The notes beneath the pieces were generated by a model. The model was given only the letters and a program-made list of their open reading frames with translations. It did no database searches and was not told the DNA's origin. DNA of 64,000 nucleotides from contig OZ037765.1 of the NCBI GenBank assembly GCA_964035545.1, forward strand, positions 34,806,080 to 34,870,079, written 5' to 3'. Each line of letters begins with the position of its first letter. Within the stretch, counting starts at the first letter, position 1. Made by a program: the position numbers and the translations under genes. Shown in pieces: positions 61,801 to 64,000 of the stretch. This stretch comes from Bugula neritina. Its lineage: Eukaryota; Animalia; Bryozoa.

Positions 61801-64000
61801 ATATGCTGATTTTACTAAAGATGACCTTGAACCTTTCATATCTCTAGTTGAGGGTATGCAGCTGAAACCTACCATCAGTGAACGAGTTAGACAGAAGTTT
61901 GACAACCACCAGCAGGTAAAGCAAATAATATTGTCTCTGACTATTTCCTAAATCATTGAATATTTTTTGAAAAATATTGGGTTACATCACATAATTTCAA
62001 AAAAATGTGATTTTTATTCTATTTATCCACTTTTAGTAAGATAAAATTGATTGGTTTACAGGTTTATGCGATGAGTAACCCTGTTAGAGGTCGTGTCATG
62101 ATCATAAACAATGAGAGATTCTTTAGAGATGATGGCAGTGAACTGACTGAGGCAACCCGAGATGGTTCATACATTGACTTTGTTAACATCAAAACTCTGT
62201 TGAAAGACATGGGATTTGTTGTAGCCAATGAAGCTGATCCTCTGTTTGACCTGAGTAAACAGGTTACTGTATCAATCTCTTATCTTTTTGTGTAGTTCAT
62301 TCTCCCTAGGGCCTATAGACTGTCACTAGCTGTCAAATACTATCCAGTACAGAGATGTATTGTAGTCCAACAAGTCTACACCATGGTGTTCAAATTAATA
62401 GTGTTATAATTTTACAATTATAGTGCGTGGGTTCTATTGTGCGTAGCTAGTATTCACTTCTAGTTAAGCAATCACTTGGGTAGTAGCCGGATAATAGTCT
62501 TTATTATTTAACTCAAACACAATACAAAACATCACTCTAAATTACAATACAACAATAGCCATATAATACGTGCATTCAATCTGAGTCCTCGCTCACGACA
62601 GCCTAACTATACGGAGGAACTCTCACTTGCCAAGAGCCCGCCTTCAAGTCCTTCTCATTGGATGGTTTGCCGTGACCTTTCTCCTATAAATGTGTCCTTT
62701 AGTATTCTCCAAACAGAAGGAAGATAATTCTACATTATTATATTATGCAAATCCACCACAATAGTTTTTGTCAGTTTTGATTTTTAGTTTAGCACTACTT
62801 ATTATTTTACCTTTGTGATAAATATTTCAATATAGCTTTGAAGCAGCTTTGGCTTGGGTGTAGACACATTTACTTATCCTAACTTGCTTTTACACACCAT
62901 TATATGCTTTTATTTTGCCAGGAGATATTATCAGAAGTGAGGAAGGAGACCACCCACAGAGACCACAAAGATCTTGGCATGTTCATTCTAGTCATCATGT
63001 CACACGGAACTTCTGGAAACATCTTCTATGACAGACACTGTAAACCTGTCAACTTGTCAGAAGTCAAAGATTTACTCTCAGCTAGTAAATTTTCTGCCAT
63101 GAGAGGAAAACCCAAACTCATCATCTTCCATGCCTGTTCTGGCAGTGAGTAATGCAGAGTTGTTCCTCATGTTACTAGAACTAGCAGTTATATTGCATAA
63201 TTTCCTATAACTATTACATTAATTAACTTAAGAAATCATTATTTTCAAGATGCCTAATGTTATTGGAGTATGCCTATGTGGAAGTGAGCTACACCTCATA
63301 ACTAGAATTCAATAAACAGTGCTGTGTAATAGAGTTCTGCTTGTGAATCCAGTCCTAAGTTATTACTCACTATCATACCACAGAGTCTACATTATATGTA
63401 TTTCGTATACAGGCAGAGCTGACTTTGGTAATGCTGCACAGTCACAAAGCCCAGACACCGTCTCACCACCAACACCAACCCCTCTACCCTCATCTTCTGC
63501 AACAGCTGGGAGTGAGTCTTCTGCAGGTCAACATGTGTCTCCAAATATTCACTTTGATAGATTCACTCACCTGGATGCTGATGACTTCTACATTGTGAAG
63601 CCAAGTACAGAAAGTTAGTGAGAAGAAAATTATATTTGAGTTGACTGAAACTTATATAATTTGCACAAATTAAAATATTTGTTGCATGTAAACAAAATTG
63701 TTGCAAGTTTTAAATATAAAATAATTTACATAATAATTTGACATTCATATTTAACTGCTCATTTTCATGTGTTACAGCTTACAAGGCTGGTAGGAATGAG
63801 AATTATGGTACCTGGTTTATCAGAGTACTGGTGGCTACATTCTACAGACACAGCTGTCACAGAGATGTTAGTGAGCTGTTTAGGATAGTAAGTACTTCAG
63901 TATTACTCTTTGTATGATACTGTGGAGTGTGTTGAGTCATCAGCTTTATATTTCTCTTCTATTTATACTTACAGATACAAGACAGAGTTAGAAGAGTCAG
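25626..64000 (+). CDS. LRR-Roc-COR-caspase fusion protein (ROCO family with C-terminal caspase), 3' end beyond the window. Exons: 25626-25806, 26995-27223, ten LRR exons (30137-58185), 59256-61258, 61388-61480, 61749-61915, 62062-62262, 62922-63144, 63413-63613, 63778-63887, 63975-64000+
   Basis: All junctions are GT-AG with compatible phases (1, 2, 2...2, 1, 1, 0, 0, 1, 1, 0), giving 4860 nt = 1620 codons to 63887 with no stop seen. Roc G1 GNTMAGKTS, G3 DMGGQ, G4 THKD; caspase RGRVMIINN, RDGSYID, SHG, GKPKLIIFHACSG, GTWFI. Confidence 0.85.
25920..26068 (-). mobile_element. MITE-like element, copy 2 (inverted relative to 24542-24700)
   Basis: Same TIRs; the internal sequence is the reverse complement of copy 1 (ATGTAGCAAAAGAAGTT vs AACTTCTTTTGCTACAT). 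Confidence 0.6.
26995..27223 (+). CDS. Second coding exon (N-cap plus degenerate LRR, LFPHLTHLRVSG)
   Basis: TTTTGTAG acceptor and AG/GTATTA donor; enters in phase 1 and exits in phase 2, matching the LRR exons. Confidence 0.75.
27288..29995. repeat. Intronic minisatellite, 30-bp unit (GTGACTATTCATACTGCTAGCTAGTATTTA), about 90 copies
   Basis: Directly visible. Confidence 0.96.
30137..30292 (+). CDS. LRR cassette exon 1 (156 nt; carries a 12-nt internal duplication)
   Basis: TTACAG/C...AG/GTGTGT, phase 2-2; ISSLENLEVLNISFNSLSESLPEGLPDNIFTSLLSLRELNMRRCELSTLPN. Confidence 0.88.
31151..32358 (+). pseudogene. THAP-domain N-terminus of the Kolobok transposase (exons about 31151-31410, 31925-32082, 32215-32358)
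   Basis: CEAAMC...LFKWP...W...RLCFQHF spliced to LHLEKTAVPTI (THAP AVPTI box); no catalytic domain follows. Confidence 0.8.
34412..34716 (+). repeat. Gypsy 5' LTR
   Basis: TGTGGTGG...TATAACA, repeated at 41612-41916. Confidence 0.95.
34718..34735 (+). promoter_or_regulatory. Primer-binding site, complementary to a tRNA-Leu 3' end
   Basis: TGGTGGCAGCAGTGGGAT one base after the LTR; resembles the reverse complement of eukaryotic tRNA-Leu ...ATCCCACYGCTGCCACCA. Confidence 0.75.
34748..35701 (+). CDS. gag: Gypsy Gag
   Basis: 317 aa; PTFTG motif and CCHC knuckle CWECGNQGHFRRYC. Confidence 0.92.
   Translation: METENAGTQPPAIEGERRDNAVETMPVNHVVEERRVPRELAEDRYRLKAPTFTGEEEVEQFIQEFSDVMDVAQWPPRVALLKLRMALMDKAKPYGLGVDIDNIFASLRARFGLSATDARARLQRLRRDPCTPLREHAAAVMKLAQIAYSDLPPVNRERYTLDAFIASVDDLGLHHQFLARGVTTVEDALTEGEAYLLANQMHKSRGSSRQVEIDRADTAAGQGEETSAAAAVSQLATASKVTQLTDMLAKLIAKLTPQNPVSTAPEPMRPSAPPQGETVSFCWECGNQGHFRRYCPFLNQGLNYRGPQMFPPSAGRR
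35698..39992 (+). CDS. pol: Gypsy Pol (PR-RT-RNaseH-IN), interrupted by a -1 frameshift at about 38745
   Basis: LIDSG protease, YLDD RT, DTDAS RNaseH, HKQAH..CEIC zinc finger; the core VDLVGP...HSDQG...ERNNR continues in the other frame. Confidence 0.93.
40536..41323 (+). CDS. Extra ORF3 of the Gypsy element: C2H2 zinc finger plus coiled-coil protein, probably spliced
   Basis: Open for about 260 codons after a TTTTTCAG acceptor; CQICGEDCASHRSLKLHVNAH; no signal peptide or TM segment seen. Confidence 0.7.
41612..41916 (+). repeat. Gypsy 3' LTR
   Basis: Matches the 5' LTR; I saw no differences. Confidence 0.95.
43535..43860 (-). mobile_element. Decayed Gypsy-type integrase fragment; part of the repeated LRR intron module (other copies near 48050-48370, 53870-54280, 55190-55490, 56660-57080, partial 57710-57870)
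   Basis: HKGHQGVHECRVRAQHHFWWPAL..D....CNIC (IN H2C2 finger); other copies add GSDLFAFNNQLYVVLID. Confidence 0.8.
44246..44389 (+). CDS. LRR cassette exon 2 (144 nt, phase 2-2)
   Basis: MSSLKNLEVLHISRNNLSEGLPDNIFTSLLSLRELNMENCKLSTLPN; intact AG/GT. Confidence 0.88.
45548..46576 (-). CDS. Polinton ORF: Zn-ribbon, parvovirus-VP1-like PLA2 domain and DDE integrase (3' truncated)
   Basis: YCCKC..CSQC; HYPGHNFLGPGT..D.ED..A..HDICY; WAADLVD, LTVIDVFSKY, WVDKEKEF, VERWNRT. Confidence 0.85.
   Translation of the reverse strand: MYCCKCKIKTKTLNYGERVSKNNRLMGYGNCSQCGCKKTTFVGSGLASNLINNLPIELHYPGHNFLGPGTKLNKRLNDDMTPKEWSKPVDREDAIAMKHDICYAINKDTKTRNEICDENMLNELKAIPNPTSTEQRHSRIASAIIGTKKRLGWGFRWTDELAEELHKPVQKIFRKRRVWVSGIDETWAADLVDMTEFAKLNNGYKYLLTVIDVFSKYGWMIPLKNKTGKVTALALKTILTRRKPRHLWVDKEKEFYNKDVKSLIDLYSTENEEKSTVVERWNRTMKERMFKYFSANNTYRYIDVLKDLVKRYNETKHSSIGMTPIKGLLNLSLLQSHYNYEL
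46589..47346 (+). pseudogene. Polinton A32/FtsK-like packaging ATPase with premature stops
   Basis: Walker A GKSGCGKT, Walker B IVFDD, RGRH..SQNYF..P..IR.N; in-frame stops at 46718, about 46799 and 47249. Confidence 0.85.
48376..51866 (-). mobile_element. Near full-length RTE-clade LINE
   Basis: Single APE+RT ORF plus about 400 bp of 5' UTR; interrupts the module sequence ATTAGCAT-ATTATTATAA seen intact in sister introns. Confidence 0.92.
48401..51370 (-). CDS. RTE endonuclease-reverse transcriptase (989 aa from the first Met)
   Basis: LSEVR, MGDFNA, IDY, TDH (APE); QCGFR, DFTKAFD, GVKQGCVLAP, FADD, YLGS (RT). Confidence 0.95.
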   Translation of the reverse strand: MLDRSHAERPERRSAIISKVLSNYQIDIAALSEVRFAESGCIREESGNTIYWSGKPSSEKSESGVGLAISNNITLKLCEDPKPVNDRIMTLRLPLKHDRYCTIITIYAPTMTNAPGSIDGFYDQLNQTLRDIHISDKIILMGDFNARVRDDFSTWKNVIGMHGSGKINANGERLLNLCNQFQLAITNTFFKHKPAHKNSWMHPRSKHWHLIDYVITRQRDLKDIHDTRAMRGADCNTDHIMIKSRTSLIIKRKMKKSKQPSKKLNVNKLKDKEILDDLKTALSEKLSLRTPGTLDDAWKSFKNTVYETSKEKLGTVGRKHGDWFDEHSIELQDLISERNLARSAVMNRLTRKTKGRYKECNRALQKKCRELKNKWWQDKAAELQELANRNDTRGFYENLRAVWGPRVNHPDQLYDKDNHTLLTQTDDLMQRWTEHFRTLLNETGNVDPNITSHIHQQATQEWMNECPDVTEVMRAVNALSDRKSPGVDGIHPELLKKGGAELILRLTELITESWRNEEVPQDWKDAQLVTIFKKGDRRICGNYRGISLLSIPGKVFARILLNRLTQHIEQFLPEAQCGFRAGRGTSDMIFSLRQIQEKCIEQNMPLYMIFIDFTKAFDTVNRLTLWMVLRKLGCPDQFTNLIAALHTGMKASVNLKGGLSAPFEITNGVKQGCVLAPTLFSIYLTMVMNHAFDGYDKGVWIQSRPGADLFNINQFKSSTRTRKVLIRELMFADDTAFVAHYHQQAQEIITRFAKSAKDFGLKINITKTEMMYQPPPGEYDEGEKISIDGEILNTVKNFKYLGSTITNNNKLDQELQLRMSKASQTFGRLRERVWDNGDLTIKTKCAVYQAIVLPTLLYGVESWTVYKITAHKLNAFLMNQLRQILSVKWWHFVSNMKILQKTNITSLYDTLIQRNLRWAGHVNRLDSTRIPKQVLYSQLTEGSRDIGRPRLRYKDTIKRNLKDKGISLSKWQMLSLDRPRWRLMIHQKS
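52133..52276 (+). CDS. LRR cassette exon 3
   Basis: 144 nt, phase 2-2; VFNISRN...LYEG...ELNMENC. Confidence 0.9.
52741..52884 (+). CDS. LRR cassette exon 4
   Basis: 144 nt, phase 2-2; VLNISDN...KLYMNYC. Confidence 0.9.
53125..53268 (+). CDS. LRR cassette exon 5
   Basis: 144 nt, phase 2-2; VFNISRN...ELNMLRC. Confidence 0.9.
54450..54593 (+). CDS. LRR cassette exon 6
   Basis: 144 nt, phase 2-2; VLNISWN...KLNMSYC. Confidence 0.9.
55647..55790 (+). CDS. LRR cassette exon 7
   Basis: 144 nt, phase 2-2; VLNISDN...LYEG...ELNMENC. Confidence 0.9.
56254..56397 (+). CDS. LRR cassette exon 8
   Basis: 144 nt, phase 2-2; VLDISRN...ELDMGYC. Confidence 0.9.
57244..57387 (+). CDS. LRR cassette exon 9
   Basis: 144 nt, phase 2-2; VLRISWN...GLSMQSS. 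Confidence 0.9.
58042..58185 (+). CDS. LRR cassette exon 10
   Basis: 144 nt, phase 2-2; VLNISGN...ELTMRNC. Confidence 0.9.
59256..61258 (+). CDS. Large exon: terminal LRRs, Roc GTPase and COR
   Basis: Three LRRs, then PPPEVCERGVDAVRQY (typical ROCO LRR-Roc linker), GNTMAGKTS, DMGGQEVYHITYQ, FTHKD, W...L..MHDCGKVLWY (COR) and CYCAHC. Confidence 0.93.
62062..64000 (+). CDS. Caspase (peptidase C14A) domain exons, p20 and partial p10
   Basis: YAMSNPVRGRVMIINN, TRDGSYID, MSHG, GKPKLIIFHACSG, DF, YKAGRNENYGTWFI, DVSELF..IQDRV. Confidence 0.92.

Overview
AT-rich, intron-rich animal genomic DNA (invertebrate; the taxon cannot be fixed from the sequence). Left part: the 3' exons of MED16 (+) and a complete multi-repeat stathmin-family gene (-), both with long intronic minisatellites that create the spurious 300-1500 aa ORFs. 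Next come an orphan O-methyltransferase exon and two truncated LINEs. From about 25.6 kb to the window end one + strand gene can be spliced in frame by hand (>1,620 aa). Its order is: MGxxxS N-terminus and Pro/Thr-rich stalk, ten near-identical symmetric phase-2 LRR exons with hypervariable concave-face residues, more LRRs, a Roc GTPase, COR, and a caspase (SHG...HACSG) with no CARD/DED. This looks like a single-chain, diversifying sensor-GTPase-protease immune receptor and is the main candidate novel system. Its first two LRR introns hold a Kolobok DNA transposon with a nested young Gypsy element, a Polinton/Maverick derivative and an RTE LINE. Coordinates were counted by eye and family calls rest on motif recognition, not database searches.
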